DNA of 64,000 nt, from assembly GCA_023404495.1 (NCBI GenBank), contig JAEYBE010000026.1, forward strand, positions 5,457 through 69,456, written 5' to 3'. The DNA is from Actinomycetes bacterium (GTDB lineage: Bacteria; Actinomycetota; Thermoleophilia; Solirubrobacterales; JACPNS01). Within the stretch, counting starts at the first letter, position 1, and each line of letters opens with the position of its first letter. A model generated the notes under the pieces. The model saw only the letters and a program-made list of their open reading frames with translations. It did no database searches and was not told where the DNA came from. Shown here one piece after another: positions 35,548 through 44,385 of the stretch. The translations under genes were made by a program, and so were the position numbers.

Positions 35548-36435
35548 TTAGTCGCCGTACGTCACCGAAATGAACGCAGACGTCAGGTTCGACGGCGCAC
35601 TCGTCGGCACGATGCCGAACGAGAGCAGGTCGCCGGCCGCGAATGACACCGTGTTGGTCATGTCGTGGCAACCGAGGCTTCCGACCGCCATCGTGCAGGT
35701 CACGCCTGGGTTCGCGCCGTTCTTGCGAACGGTGATCGTGTAGGTGGCACCCACACCGCCGGCGACTGCCGTCGGGGTGTTGATGCGCAGATTCCCGACC
35801 GTGCCGTCGACCGGCATCGCTGCCTGTCGTGCGGACTCGGTCGCACTCTCATCGTGGCGGTAGATGCCTGCGTAGCGAGCAGACGTGCCATTGAATCCTG
35901 CTTCGGTGCCGAGAATCGCGGCTGCCGTTGCATCGGCTCCTGGCTCGCCCTGCGGACCCTGGTCACCCTGCGGACCCTGGTCACCCTGCGGACCGGGGTC
36001 GCCCTGCGGGCCCTGGAGGCCCTGGACGCCCTGGTCACCCTGGACGCCCTGGTCACCTTGGACGCCCTGGTCACCTTGGACGCCCTGGTCACCCTGGTCA
36101 CCCTTGTCACCTTGGTCACCCTTGTCGCCCTGCGGACCCTGCGGGCCTGCCGGACCTGCCGCGCCGGCTGGACCAGCGACACCCTGGACGCCCTGAGCGC
36201 CTTGCGCACCCTGCGGGCCGGCCGGGCCGGGGTTGTTGACGATCGTGCGGACACGCTTGCCGCCGCAGCGAACAACGCCGGTCACGACGCGCACCTTGTT
36301 TCCGTTCGGATTCGCGCAGATAGTTGACTGCGTTGCAGCAGACGCGGTTCCAGCTGCGCCCAGCACGACGGCGAATGTGAGCGCCGCTGCCGTAAGCACC
36401 AGGAGGAGTCTGCCTGTGGACTTCATTGAAGTCAT
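35548..36435 (-). CDS. Secreted collagen-like triple-helix-repeat protein (paralog 1)
   Basis: Start taken at ATG 36435 ([33 protein letters not shown]), with GAAAGGA 8 nt upstream. A Cys-containing N-terminal module ([22 protein letters not shown]), then ~32 uninterrupted G-X-Y triplets, then a ~125-aa C-terminal globular domain. Confidence 0.8.
   Translation of the reverse strand: MTSMKSTGRLLLVLTAAALTFAVVLGAAGTASAATQSTICANPNGNKVRVVTGVVRCGGKRVRTIVNNPGPAGPQGAQGAQGVQGVAGPAGAAGPAGPQGPQGDKGDQGDKGDQGDQGVQGDQGVQGDQGVQGDQGVQGLQGPQGDPGPQGDQGPQGDQGPQGEPGADATAAAILGTEAGFNGTSARYAGIYRHDESATESARQAAMPVDGTVGNLRINTPTAVAGGVGATYTITVRKNGANPGVTCTMAVGSLGCHDMTNTVSFAAGDLLSFGIVPTSAPSNLTSAFISVTYGD
35938..36228. repeat. 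Tandem 9/18-bp coding repeats of the G-X-Y region of collagen-like gene 1
   Basis: For example, CTGGTCACCCTGGACGCC-type units are repeated back to back (GDQGVQ x4 on the coding strand). Confidence 0.85.
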
Positions 36436-36531
36436 TGGTCTAGTCCTTTCGACTACTTCCATCGTTCATTGCACTTGATTCCCCCAACGATTCCGTGCCG
36501 TGAGCAACGTCCTCGCCTACTGCTTCGATCT

Positions 36532-36566
36532 GGCGGCGGGTCTTGTACGGACCGCAACCCGCCGCC
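36532..36566 (-). terminator. Candidate terminator hairpin between the two collagen-like genes
   Basis: 10-bp GC-rich stem GGCGGCGGGT / ACCCGCCGCC with a 15-nt loop, 37 nt after the stop of gene 2. No T-tract. Confidence 0.4.
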
Positions 36567-36602
36567 ATATCCGAAGTTGATTCGTTTGGTGCCTCCCCGC
36601 CG

Positions 36603-37628
36603 TTAGTCGCCCATCAGCATCGTGAACGTGCCGTTCGGATTACCGGTCGCGGTGTTCGGCGTTGCCGCCAGCGAAACCAGGTCACCGGCAGCAAACGCCA
36701 CGCTGTGAGTGGTGTCCGAGCAAGTCGTGCTGGGGTTGGCGACGGTGCACGTAACGGCGGTGTCTACGCCGTTCTTGCGGATCGTGAACGTGTACGACCC
36801 CGTAGTCGGCGTTGTTTCGAGGCGGATGTAGAGCTTGCTGATATTGAGCGCCGCCGGAATAGCAGCCTGCCTCAGCGACTCGGTGGCGTTACCGCCACTA
36901 CGACCGAGCGAGCTGTACCGCACGCCTCCGCTGTTGGCCTGGATGTCTCCAAAGCCGATCGCGGCGTTCGGGCCGGCCGGACCGGTGTCACCCTGGGCGC
37001 CTGGCGTTCCCGGATCACCCTGGTCACCCTTCTCGCCTTGGAGACCTTGCTCACCCTGGAGACCTTGCTCGCCCTGGAGGCCCTGCTCTCCCTGGAGACC
37101 TTGCTCGCCCTGGAGGCCCTGGTCGCCCTGGTCGCCCTTGTCACCCTGGTCGCCCTTGGGACCCTCTGGACCGGTGGGGCCTTCGGCACCCGGCGGGCCG
37201 GCTTCACCCTGGAGACCCTGTTCACCCTGGAGGCCCTGCTCGCCCTGGAGACCTTGCTCGCCCTGGAGACCTTGCTCTCCTTGGAGGCCCTGCTCACCCT
37301 GGAGACCTTGTTCGCCCTGGAGACCCTGGTCGCCCTGGTCGCCCTTCTCACCCTGAAGCCCCTGCGGACCCTGAGCACCCTGCGGACCCTGCGATCCCGT
37401 CGCGCCGGGAACACCCTGCGCGCCCTGGGGACCCTGGGCTCCAACAGTCTCAATTGTGATCTTTCGTGTGCCGCTCTTGCAGCTCTTGTTGCCCTTGCGA
37501 ACCGTGACGCTCGAGCCCTTCTTGTTCGTACAGATCGTGACGGTTTCTGCGCTGGCGATCGACGGCAGCGCCGCGATCACTGCCGTGATGGCGACTGCCA
37601 CGACGACTAGCAATGACATCTTCTTCAT
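36603..37628 (-). CDS. Secreted collagen-like triple-helix-repeat protein (paralog 2)
   Basis: ORF track 36603..37691 trimmed to ATG 37628 (MKKMSLLVVVAVAITAVIAALPSIASA). N-terminal module TICTNKKGSSVTVRKGNKSCKSG, then ~52 G-X-Y triplets including (GLQGEQ)n blocks. The C-terminal domain is alignable to paralog 1 (ATESLRQAAIP.., YTFTIRKNGVDTAVTCT.., AFAAGDLVS.., ..MGD). Confidence 0.8.
   Translation of the reverse strand: MKKMSLLVVVAVAITAVIAALPSIASAETVTICTNKKGSSVTVRKGNKSCKSGTRKITIETVGAQGPQGAQGVPGATGSQGPQGAQGPQGLQGEKGDQGDQGLQGEQGLQGEQGLQGEQGLQGEQGLQGEQGLQGEQGLQGEAGPPGAEGPTGPEGPKGDQGDKGDQGDQGLQGEQGLQGEQGLQGEQGLQGEQGLQGEKGDQGDPGTPGAQGDTGPAGPNAAIGFGDIQANSGGVRYSSLGRSGGNATESLRQAAIPAALNISKLYIRLETTPTTGSYTFTIRKNGVDTAVTCTVANPSTTCSDTTHSVAFAAGDLVSLAATPNTATGNPNGTFTMLMGD
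36969..37442. repeat. Tandem 18-bp coding repeats of the G-X-Y region of collagen-like gene 2
   Basis: CTGGAGACCTTGCTCGCC-type units: two blocks of about 6 and 4.5 copies separated by a non-repetitive GEAGPPGAEGPTGPEGPK segment. Confidence 0.85.
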
Positions 37629-37916
37629 TCCGGTGTGCACGGTTTCTAACCTTCCGTTGCTGGTGTGGGGGATTTTTCCTTGCTCATGCACTGAGCGGCT
37701 TAGGGAAAAGATCGACTACTAGAGCCGGTCCTTGAGCAAAAACTGAGTAGTGGTGGAACAATTGTCCGGTCCTCCACCTACTCAAACTTGTTCACCATCT
37801 TTGCGCCCACACCCGACGGATATATTGCCCACTCGCGGTATGTCGGCGCAGTCAACGGCGAACCACGACTGTTCTTCGACATCATCCGACCGATTCAGCC
37901 CGCAGAATTTCATTTA

Positions 37917-38465
37917 ATGCATAACTTGAACTCAAAGCAACGTCGTGCCGGTCGAACCCGATGGCTTCCAACATTCGTTTGTGTTTCCGCGCTGGTGCTG
38001 GTCGCCGCCCTGCTCGCGTCAGGGTGTGGCGACGACGAGAAACTCACTCCGGGCTCCCGAATCGTCACCGCGAGCCAGTTGCAGGCCGAGGCGAAGTCGA
38101 TCGGCTACCCGATCTACTGGCTGGGTGAGATCGACGGCAAACAGCTCGAGTTCACCGATCGGGCAGATGGGCGCGTTTACGTCCGCTATATCCCGGACGG
38201 CGCGAAGGCCGGAACACAGGACAAGTACCTGACCGTGGGAACGTACCCGATGGAGAATGCCTACGGCGTCGTGACCGCGATTTCAAAGAAGGACGGCGCG
38301 AAGTCGCCGCCGGTCAAGGGTGGCATCGCGGCAGTCGCGCCGGCCAAGCCGGACAGCGTTTTCGTTGCCTTCAAGGACCAGGATCTGCAGATCGAGGTGT
38401 ACGACCCCAACCCGAGCGCCGCGCTCGAAGCAGCCACCTCGGGCAACCTCCAGCAAGTCAAGTAG
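37917..38465 (+). CDS. Putative lipoprotein, function unknown
   Basis: ORF track 37788..38465 trimmed to ATG 37917 (MHNLNSKQRRAGRTRWLPTFVCVSALVLVAALLASGCGDDEK). Lipobox is LLASGC. Confidence 0.6.
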   Translation: MHNLNSKQRRAGRTRWLPTFVCVSALVLVAALLASGCGDDEKLTPGSRIVTASQLQAEAKSIGYPIYWLGEIDGKQLEFTDRADGRVYVRYIPDGAKAGTQDKYLTVGTYPMENAYGVVTAISKKDGAKSPPVKGGIAAVAPAKPDSVFVAFKDQDLQIEVYDPNPSAALEAATSGNLQQVK

Positions 38466-38518
38466 ATCCCGCTCGCTGAGCGGCCGCACAGCCGGAATTT
38501 GCTAAGTTGAAGGGACGC

Positions 38519-38592
<74 letters not shown>

Positions 38593-38599
38593 TTCGTGG

Positions 38600-38630
38600 A
38601 AACGCCCTCTGATGAGGGCGTTTTTTGTTT
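38600..38630 (+). terminator. Rho-independent terminator after tRNA-fMet
   Basis: Stem AAACGCCCTC / GAGGGCGTTT, loop TGAT, followed by TTTTTTGTTT. Confidence 0.8.
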
Positions 38631-38679
38631 GTCCAGCTGCGGTTGCGCCGACGACCGTGGCCCCCGACGTCAACCGCCG

Positions 38680-40335
38680 CTATTTCGTAAGCGTCAGCGC
38701 TTTCCTTGTCGGAATCTCCTGCCGTCCCGCAGCCCCGGTTGCCCGCAGATAGAGCGTGTACTTCCCCGCCGGGAGCGTCTTCCTCAGCTTGTAACTCCAG
38801 CGCGTGGTGCCTTCGACGGTCAGCCACCTACTCGGCAGACACTTCCTGTTGGTCGCCTTCGTTCTCGCGAAGTTCGACTTGCTGTTCGAGAGCTGCAGGC
38901 ATCGCTTCTTCCTTTTCAAGAGCTTCGCGTCGGTCTTGACGAGGGCGAGTTCAACTTTGGTGATTCCGTCGCCAGTCGCCGTGCCGGAGAAGCGCTTGAA
39001 CTTCCTGGCCTTGAGCTTCTTCGTGCTGGGATGGCTGATTGACGCGGTCGCTGGCGTCTTGCCGAGGATCCGTGCGACAGCGAGGACGGCTGGTCCGCCG
39101 GGTGCGACATGCCCGACCACGCTGATTTTCCCGTCTGCGGCAACCGAGACGTCGCGGGCTTCGCCCTGAACATTTCCGAAGACGTTCAACACGTGACCGC
39201 CGTTGCCAAACTCCGTGTCGGCCGTTCCATTCGAATTGAAGCGAGCGACAAGCGGTGCGTACCCGGATACGCCGTACGCCAGGCTGTTTCCGACCGCAAC
39301 GATCTTGCCGTCAGGCGCCACTGCGACACGGTTGAAATAGTCCTCCTCCCGGAATCGTGCAAGTACCGCGCCGCCGGTCCCGAAGCTCTGGTCGGGTAAA
39401 CCGTCTGCTGTGAAGCGAAGAAGCACAGCGCGGTACTTTCCGCCCGAATAGCCGCTCCCGGCGAGGATGATCTTGCCGTCAGGTTGGACCGCCATGTCTT
39501 TGACGCCGGAGTCGTCACCGGGAAGTGTCGTCGTGAACTTCCCGGCGGAGCCAAACGTTGTGTCAAATCCGGTGCCGGTGGCTGCGAGTCGCGCGATACG
39601 GAATGCCTCGCCTCCATCGAGCACCTTCCCGGCGACGACGAAACGACCGTCGGGGAGGCCATGGAGCGTGCTCATGTAGCCGCTACCAGCCGCCCCGTGG
39701 CCACCGGCGGAAAAGCCCGCGTCGTACGAACCGTTGCTCGTCAGTCGGTACACGACGGAGTTCCCGGCAAAGATCGACGAGGCAATCACGAGAACGTTTC
39801 CGTCGGGCAGCGGCGACATGTCCGAGCACTCGTCAGGGTTGCCCGGGAGTCCGTCGAGGCCGGTGAAACCGGACACTCCCCAGCCGTTGTCGTCCTTGCC
39901 GCCCGACGTCAGGCCCCATACGGCGCAGAACGCTTCAGTGCTGCCGTCCGGATCGTTGCTGCCGCTGACCAGAATTCGTCCGGTCGGAGATATCTCCATC
40001 GACGTGAGCGTGCACCCCTCACTGTTGCCAGTTTTGAGCGCGTGCGTTCCGTTCTCACCGAAGCTCGAATCGATCGATCCCCCGGGCAGGAAGCGCGCAA
40101 CGATGCACGAGTCATACGGCGACGAGTCGAGATACCCGGCCACGACGTACTTCCCGTCTGGCTGTATCGCGCCGACCCGGCCAAAGAGGTTGTCTGTCGT
40201 TGCCAGCCAGTTAAAGCCATCGCTTGAGAAGGTCGGGTCAAGGTCGCCTGCCTTCGCGCCAGCTGAGGGGACAAGAACGGCCAGCAGACAGATCGCCAGG
40301 AGAATCGGCGCGAGTTTGTTGAATCGGCGGATCAT
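38680..40335 (-). CDS. Secreted delta-60-repeat (seven-repeat beta-propeller) protein with a basic Ig-like C-terminal domain
   Basis: ORF track 38680..40572 trimmed to ATG 40335 (MIRRFNKLAPILLAICLLAVLVPSAGA). Seven units of the pattern G..D..FG..G ... .PDGK..V.G (e.g. DLDPTFSSDG..QPDGKYVVAG; GLPDQSFGTGG..APDGKIVAVG). Confidence 0.75.
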   Translation of the reverse strand: MIRRFNKLAPILLAICLLAVLVPSAGAKAGDLDPTFSSDGFNWLATTDNLFGRVGAIQPDGKYVVAGYLDSSPYDSCIVARFLPGGSIDSSFGENGTHALKTGNSEGCTLTSMEISPTGRILVSGSNDPDGSTEAFCAVWGLTSGGKDDNGWGVSGFTGLDGLPGNPDECSDMSPLPDGNVLVIASSIFAGNSVVYRLTSNGSYDAGFSAGGHGAAGSGYMSTLHGLPDGRFVVAGKVLDGGEAFRIARLAATGTGFDTTFGSAGKFTTTLPGDDSGVKDMAVQPDGKIILAGSGYSGGKYRAVLLRFTADGLPDQSFGTGGAVLARFREEDYFNRVAVAPDGKIVAVGNSLAYGVSGYAPLVARFNSNGTADTEFGNGGHVLNVFGNVQGEARDVSVAADGKISVVGHVAPGGPAVLAVARILGKTPATASISHPSTKKLKARKFKRFSGTATGDGITKVELALVKTDAKLLKRKKRCLQLSNSKSNFARTKATNRKCLPSRWLTVEGTTRWSYKLRKTLPAGKYTLYLRATGAAGRQEIPTRKALTLTK

Positions 40336-40988
40336 GCAGCAACCGGCGCCGCGATCTGCGTTTCGTCTCCGTGGGCGGACTGCCTGCGCACGAGCAGGAC
40401 AGCCATCGCCACAAACCAGATCGGCTGGACGACGAACACCGCGATACCGCCAGGCGTGAAACAGAGCACACCCATTACGACGCTCGACCACGCAATCCAT
40501 TTCGGCAGCGTCGCGGTCTTCAGGCCGCCGATTCCGACGGCGAGGAAGAGAGACGCGCCGCCGATCATCCAAGGCAAAAACGTGTACGAGGAGAGCAGTG
40601 CTAGGGCCAGCGTGGCGGCCTCATAACCCTTGTCTCCGGCCGAGAATGCAGCCACGGCGACCATCCCGGCGATTGACATCGAGATTGCCAGCGCGATCCC
40701 GCCGGCGAACGCGAGTGACGAGTAGATCGACTCCCCGGCCTCACCCGAGCGCAGCGTCGCGCGAATTTCAGTGGCAAAGAACAACGCGAACACCGCGAAG
40801 AGGTTCGCGAAGATGAAGTTGGCGATCATTCCGGCGGTCTGGTTGTCAGGTCCGTAGTAGTCGAGAAACTTCTCAGTGGAGGAAGTGTCGGTCGGGGTGT
40901 TGCCAGCGATCACCATGTAGGCGATGAGCGAGATCGCGCAGATAATCCCGGTGTAGGGCAGAAAGCGCCGGAATCCATCGATTTGCAT
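40332..40988 (-). CDS. Integral membrane protein (about 6 TM helices), function unknown
   Basis: ORF track 40332..41189 trimmed to ATG 40988 (MQIDGFRRFLPYTGIICAISLIAYMV...), with AAGGAG 7 nt upstream. ATGA overlap with the delta-60 gene. Confidence 0.6.
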   Translation of the reverse strand: MQIDGFRRFLPYTGIICAISLIAYMVIAGNTPTDTSSTEKFLDYYGPDNQTAGMIANFIFANLFAVFALFFATEIRATLRSGEAGESIYSSLAFAGGIALAISMSIAGMVAVAAFSAGDKGYEAATLALALLSSYTFLPWMIGGASLFLAVGIGGLKTATLPKWIAWSSVVMGVLCFTPGGIAVFVVQPIWFVAMAVLLVRRQSAHGDETQIAAPVAA

Positions 40989-41130
40989 TGCTGAGCTCCT
41001 TGGGTCAGGTTTGAATTTCGTCAACCATGCCCGCCCCGGCGTCCCGGCCACAAGGGGCACGGTTCCCGACTTGACCGGGAAATGCTTGGGACAGCGCGCA
41101 GTTGGCGGATTTAGCCGCCAGAATGATCCG

Positions 41131-43188
41131 ATGGAATCCTCGACCTCCGCTATCGGACCGGCGACGCAGTCGCTCGCTGCGGACGTCAAGCCCGGCTTCG
41201 GCGCTCAGGCGTGGGCGGCGAGTGTCTTGACTTTCCTTGTCGTAGCTCTCGCGGTGTTCACCGCGGCCATTACGTCTTTCTCGACGCGCGGCGACTGGAT
41301 ATTCGATCTCGGCGCGGCGGTGCTGGCGCTCTTCTCCGCAGGATTCGGCTGGCTGATCATTCGTTTTCGTCCGGGCAACGCAGTGGGCTGGCTGTTGCTG
41401 CTGCAGGCGCTCGCCGTGGCGCTGCTCGGCGCGAGCGAGGCCTACTCGATCCGAATGATCGACGCGGGCGAGCCGTACTCGCTAACCACCCGCCTGATCG
41501 CGGTCTACTCAAACGCGACTTGGCCGCTGCTGTTCGCGGGCTTTGCCGGCGTGGCGTACGTTTTTCCCGACGGTCGGTTCTTTTCCAGGCGATACCGGCG
41601 GTGGGGGCAGTTCACGGCGATCAGCGTGGCCGTGGTCCTGATCGGCACGTTCTTCTCGAACGAACCATTGAGCGGTGCGTTGGAACCGATCGACAGTCCG
41701 CTCCCGACGCTGCCGTCCGCCCTTGAGGCGCTTTCGTTCTTCTTGGTCTTCGGGATGCTGTTCGGCCTGATCGCCGCCGCCTTCTCGGTTCGTGCGCGAC
41801 TTCGCGCGTCAACCGGCGACACCCGTCTCCAGGTCCTCTGGCTGGCTTACGCGGCGCTGTGGATCCCGCTGACGCTCGCGCTCTGTTTTGTGGACGGCCT
41901 GCTGCTGGGCAAGTCAGGCGGCCCATTGACCGTGATCGGCCTCGCCGTGATGTTCGTGATGATGCCGCTGGCAATCGCGATCGGCATCCTTCGCTATCGC
42001 CTTATGGACATCGAACTGGTGATCAACCGGACACTCGTCTACGGAGCGTTGACCGGAGTGGTCGCGACTGTCTACATCGGCGTGGTCGCCGGCTTCGACG
42101 CGATCATCGGCAACCGCGGGCTGGCAGGACTGCTGGCCGTCGGGGTTGTTGCTGTGATCATCCAGCCGTTGCACGCGCGCCTCCAAGCGCGCGTTGATCG
42201 TTGGATCTACGGCGATCGTGCCAATCCATACGCGGCTCTGCAGCGACTTGACGCGAGACTTCGCGAAACGCTCACGCCATCCGAAGTCGTGCAGACGGTC
42301 GTCGAGTCCGTGGCCGAGGCGCTGCGGCTCCCCTACGCCGCGGTGGAATTCGCGCGCGGCGTCGACTCGCAGGTGGTCGCTTCATACGGTGTCGTTGGTC
42401 GCGGGGCGATTGAGCGTCGCGACCTCTCCTACCGCGGAAAGGAAGTCGGGATGCTGGTGGTCGAAGTACCGCCAGGTCGCTCTCTGGCATCTGCCGATGA
42501 GCGGCTGCTGGACGACCTTGCAAGCCACGTCGGCGTCGCCGTGCAATCGGTCAAGCTCACGGCCGAACTGCAGCAGTCGAGAAAGGACCTCGTGACCGCG
42601 CGTGAAGAAGAAAGACGTCGATTGCGCCGCGATCTGCACGACGGCGTCGGTCCGACGCTCGCAGCGATGTCGATGAAACTCGGGGTGCTTGACGATCGCG
42701 TCGACGATAAAGATCGACCACTCGTCACCCAGCTTGGCGAAGAAGTCCAGGCGACGATCACAGACATCCGCCGCCTGGTCTACGAGCTCCGCCCGCCCGC
42801 TCTGGACGAGTACGGGCTCGTCCCTGCATTGACTGAACAAGCGACACATCTCTCCGCCTCCGGCACGAGCTTCGCGGTCAGTGGCCCAAGCGAGATGCCG
42901 CTGCTGCCCGCGGCAGTTGAAGTTGCGACTTACAGGATCGCGCTCGAGGCGATGACAAACGTCTCCAAGCACGCCGGGGCGACAAAATGCGCGGTGGAGT
43001 TGTCGATCAACGGCGAAATCCAGCTGAAGGTCTCTGACGATGGCACGGGATTCTCGCCGAGCGCACGACACGGTGTCGGGATGAGCTCGATGCGCGAGCG
43101 CGCCGCCGAGATTGGCGGCGAACTAACCGTCGAGACGGGTGGTGGCGGAACGGTCGTCAGCGCGATCCTTCCGCTGGAGGGCGAATGA
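41131..43188 (+). CDS. Sensor histidine kinase (HisKA_3 / NarL-partner type) with a large polytopic N-terminal membrane domain
   Basis: ORF track trimmed to ATG 41131 (MESSTSAIGP...). H-box RRLRRDLHDGVGPTLAA. HATPase motifs NVSKHAGAT, DDGTGF, GVGMSSMRERAAEIGGEL. Confidence 0.85.
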   Translation: MESSTSAIGPATQSLAADVKPGFGAQAWAASVLTFLVVALAVFTAAITSFSTRGDWIFDLGAAVLALFSAGFGWLIIRFRPGNAVGWLLLLQALAVALLGASEAYSIRMIDAGEPYSLTTRLIAVYSNATWPLLFAGFAGVAYVFPDGRFFSRRYRRWGQFTAISVAVVLIGTFFSNEPLSGALEPIDSPLPTLPSALEALSFFLVFGMLFGLIAAAFSVRARLRASTGDTRLQVLWLAYAALWIPLTLALCFVDGLLLGKSGGPLTVIGLAVMFVMMPLAIAIGILRYRLMDIELVINRTLVYGALTGVVATVYIGVVAGFDAIIGNRGLAGLLAVGVVAVIIQPLHARLQARVDRWIYGDRANPYAALQRLDARLRETLTPSEVVQTVVESVAEALRLPYAAVEFARGVDSQVVASYGVVGRGAIERRDLSYRGKEVGMLVVEVPPGRSLASADERLLDDLASHVGVAVQSVKLTAELQQSRKDLVTAREEERRRLRRDLHDGVGPTLAAMSMKLGVLDDRVDDKDRPLVTQLGEEVQATITDIRRLVYELRPPALDEYGLVPALTEQATHLSASGTSFAVSGPSEMPLLPAAVEVATYRIALEAMTNVSKHAGATKCAVELSINGEIQLKVSDDGTGFSPSARHGVGMSSMRERAAEIGGELTVETGGGGTVVSAILPLEGE

Positions 43189-43835
43189 CTCGACAGGTCA
43201 TGCGCGTGTTGATCGCCGACGATCACCCCGCCTTCCGCGACGGGCTCCGGTTGATGCTTGATGCGGCCGATGACATCGAAGTCGTCGGCGAAGCCACCAC
43301 CGGTGCTGAAGCTGTGAGCGCAGCTGCCCAGCTCGCGCCAGATGCGATTCTGATGGATCTTCAGATGCCCGAATTGAACGGCATCGAAGCCACGCGCTCG
43401 ATAACTGGCAACAACCCGGATATCGGCGTGATCGTGATCACGATGTTCGAGGATGACGACTCCGTCTTCGCGGCGATGCGCGCCGGCGCGCGTGGATATC
43501 TCTTGAAGGGAGCACAGCGTGACGACATCCTGCGCGCCGTCCGCGCTATCGGCAGCGGGGAGGCGATTTTCGGTCCGTCGATTGCCGCTCGGCTGATCGA
43601 CTATTTCAATGCGACGCCGCGCACGCTCTTCCCGGAACTGACTGACCGCGAACGCGAGGTCCTCGACCTGATCGCCGCCGGCAAGAGCAACTCCGCGATC
43701 GCCGAGCACCTCTTCCTGAGCCTGAAGACCGTGCGCAACCACGTGAGCAACATCTTCAACAAGCTCCAGGTGGCTGACCGCGCCAGCGCGATCGAAAAAG
43801 CGCGGGGAGCCGGTATGGGAGTGCGGCCGCAGTAG
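43185..43835 (+). CDS. NarL/LuxR-family response regulator
   Basis: 216-aa ORF. Receiver domain (VLIADDHPAFR...ILMDLQMPELNG). LuxR HTH LTDREREVLDLIAAGKSNSAIAEHLFLSLKTVRNHVSNIFNKL. ATGA overlap with the kinase. Confidence 0.9.
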   Translation: MTRQVMRVLIADDHPAFRDGLRLMLDAADDIEVVGEATTGAEAVSAAAQLAPDAILMDLQMPELNGIEATRSITGNNPDIGVIVITMFEDDDSVFAAMRAGARGYLLKGAQRDDILRAVRAIGSGEAIFGPSIAARLIDYFNATPRTLFPELTDREREVLDLIAAGKSNSAIAEHLFLSLKTVRNHVSNIFNKLQVADRASAIEKARGAGMGVRPQ

Positions 43836-43837
43836 AG

Positions 43838-43868
43838 ATTCGTTGATCTGTCGCTCGAGATTCAACGA
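43838..43868. terminator. Weak hairpin between convergent genes
   Basis: 8-bp inverted repeat TTCGTTGA / TCAACGAA with a 15-nt loop. No clear T-tract. Confidence 0.3.
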
Positions 43869-43881
43869 AGCCTGCGCGCGC

Positions 43882-44244
43882 TCACAAATCCACGATCGTC
43901 TCAAACCCTCCGTAGATCATCCGCGACGGATCGAATATCCGATCGGTCTCCTGCATCATCTTCAGCATCCGCGGGTCGGTCATGATCTGCTCGTTGATCT
44001 CGTCGCGCTGCGCGCGCGACTTATAAGTGATCCACGCAAAGATCACCGTCTCGTTGTTCTTGCGCTCGACGCTGCGCGGGAACGAGGTGACCTTGCCGTA
44101 TGGCACGTCGTCCGCGACGCACTCGCGGTACTCGATCGCGCCGAGTTCGCGCCAGAGCTTTCCTGCTTTGCGCGCAAGCTTGCGGTAATCCTCGACGTTC
44201 TTCTTTGGCACTGCCAGAACAAACCCATCGACGTACTTGGCCAT
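43882..44244 (-). CDS. DUF1428-family protein (YbaA-like; family name from memory)
   Basis: 120-aa ORF MAKYVDGFVLAVPKKNVEDYRKLARKAGKLWRELGAIEYRECVADD...MIYGGFETIVDL. Confidence 0.7.
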   Translation of the reverse strand: MAKYVDGFVLAVPKKNVEDYRKLARKAGKLWRELGAIEYRECVADDVPYGKVTSFPRSVERKNNETVIFAWITYKSRAQRDEINEQIMTDPRMLKMMQETDRIFDPSRMIYGGFETIVDL

Positions 44245-44333
44245 CTCGGTCCTCGCTGTTTCTCGGAGTCAGGAATCTCAGCTTTGCATGTCGACCGCAG
44301 GCCTGGCTCAGAGAAACTGCCACCAGCCACGAC

Positions 44334-44360
44334 AAAGGCCGCCCGGGATAGGCGGCCTTT
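44334..44360 (-). terminator. Terminator hairpin downstream of the PhoX-like gene
   Basis: Perfect 10-bp stem AAAGGCCGCC / GGCGGCCTTT with a 7-nt loop, 25 nt after the stop at 44386. Confidence 0.6.
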
Positions 44361-44385
44361 GAAGCTTGCACGGTGTCGCGCACTG

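Noticed and set aside
35885-37610. Plus-strand ORFs with PWSPW/LVTL-type repeats (35885-36196, 35928-36239, 36543-37610, 36835-37356), and the idea of a CRISPR or satellite array.
   Set aside because: They are the antisense and out-of-frame readings of the G-X-Y coding repeats. Only the minus-strand frame gives a signal peptide, uninterrupted Gly every third residue and a conserved C-terminal domain.
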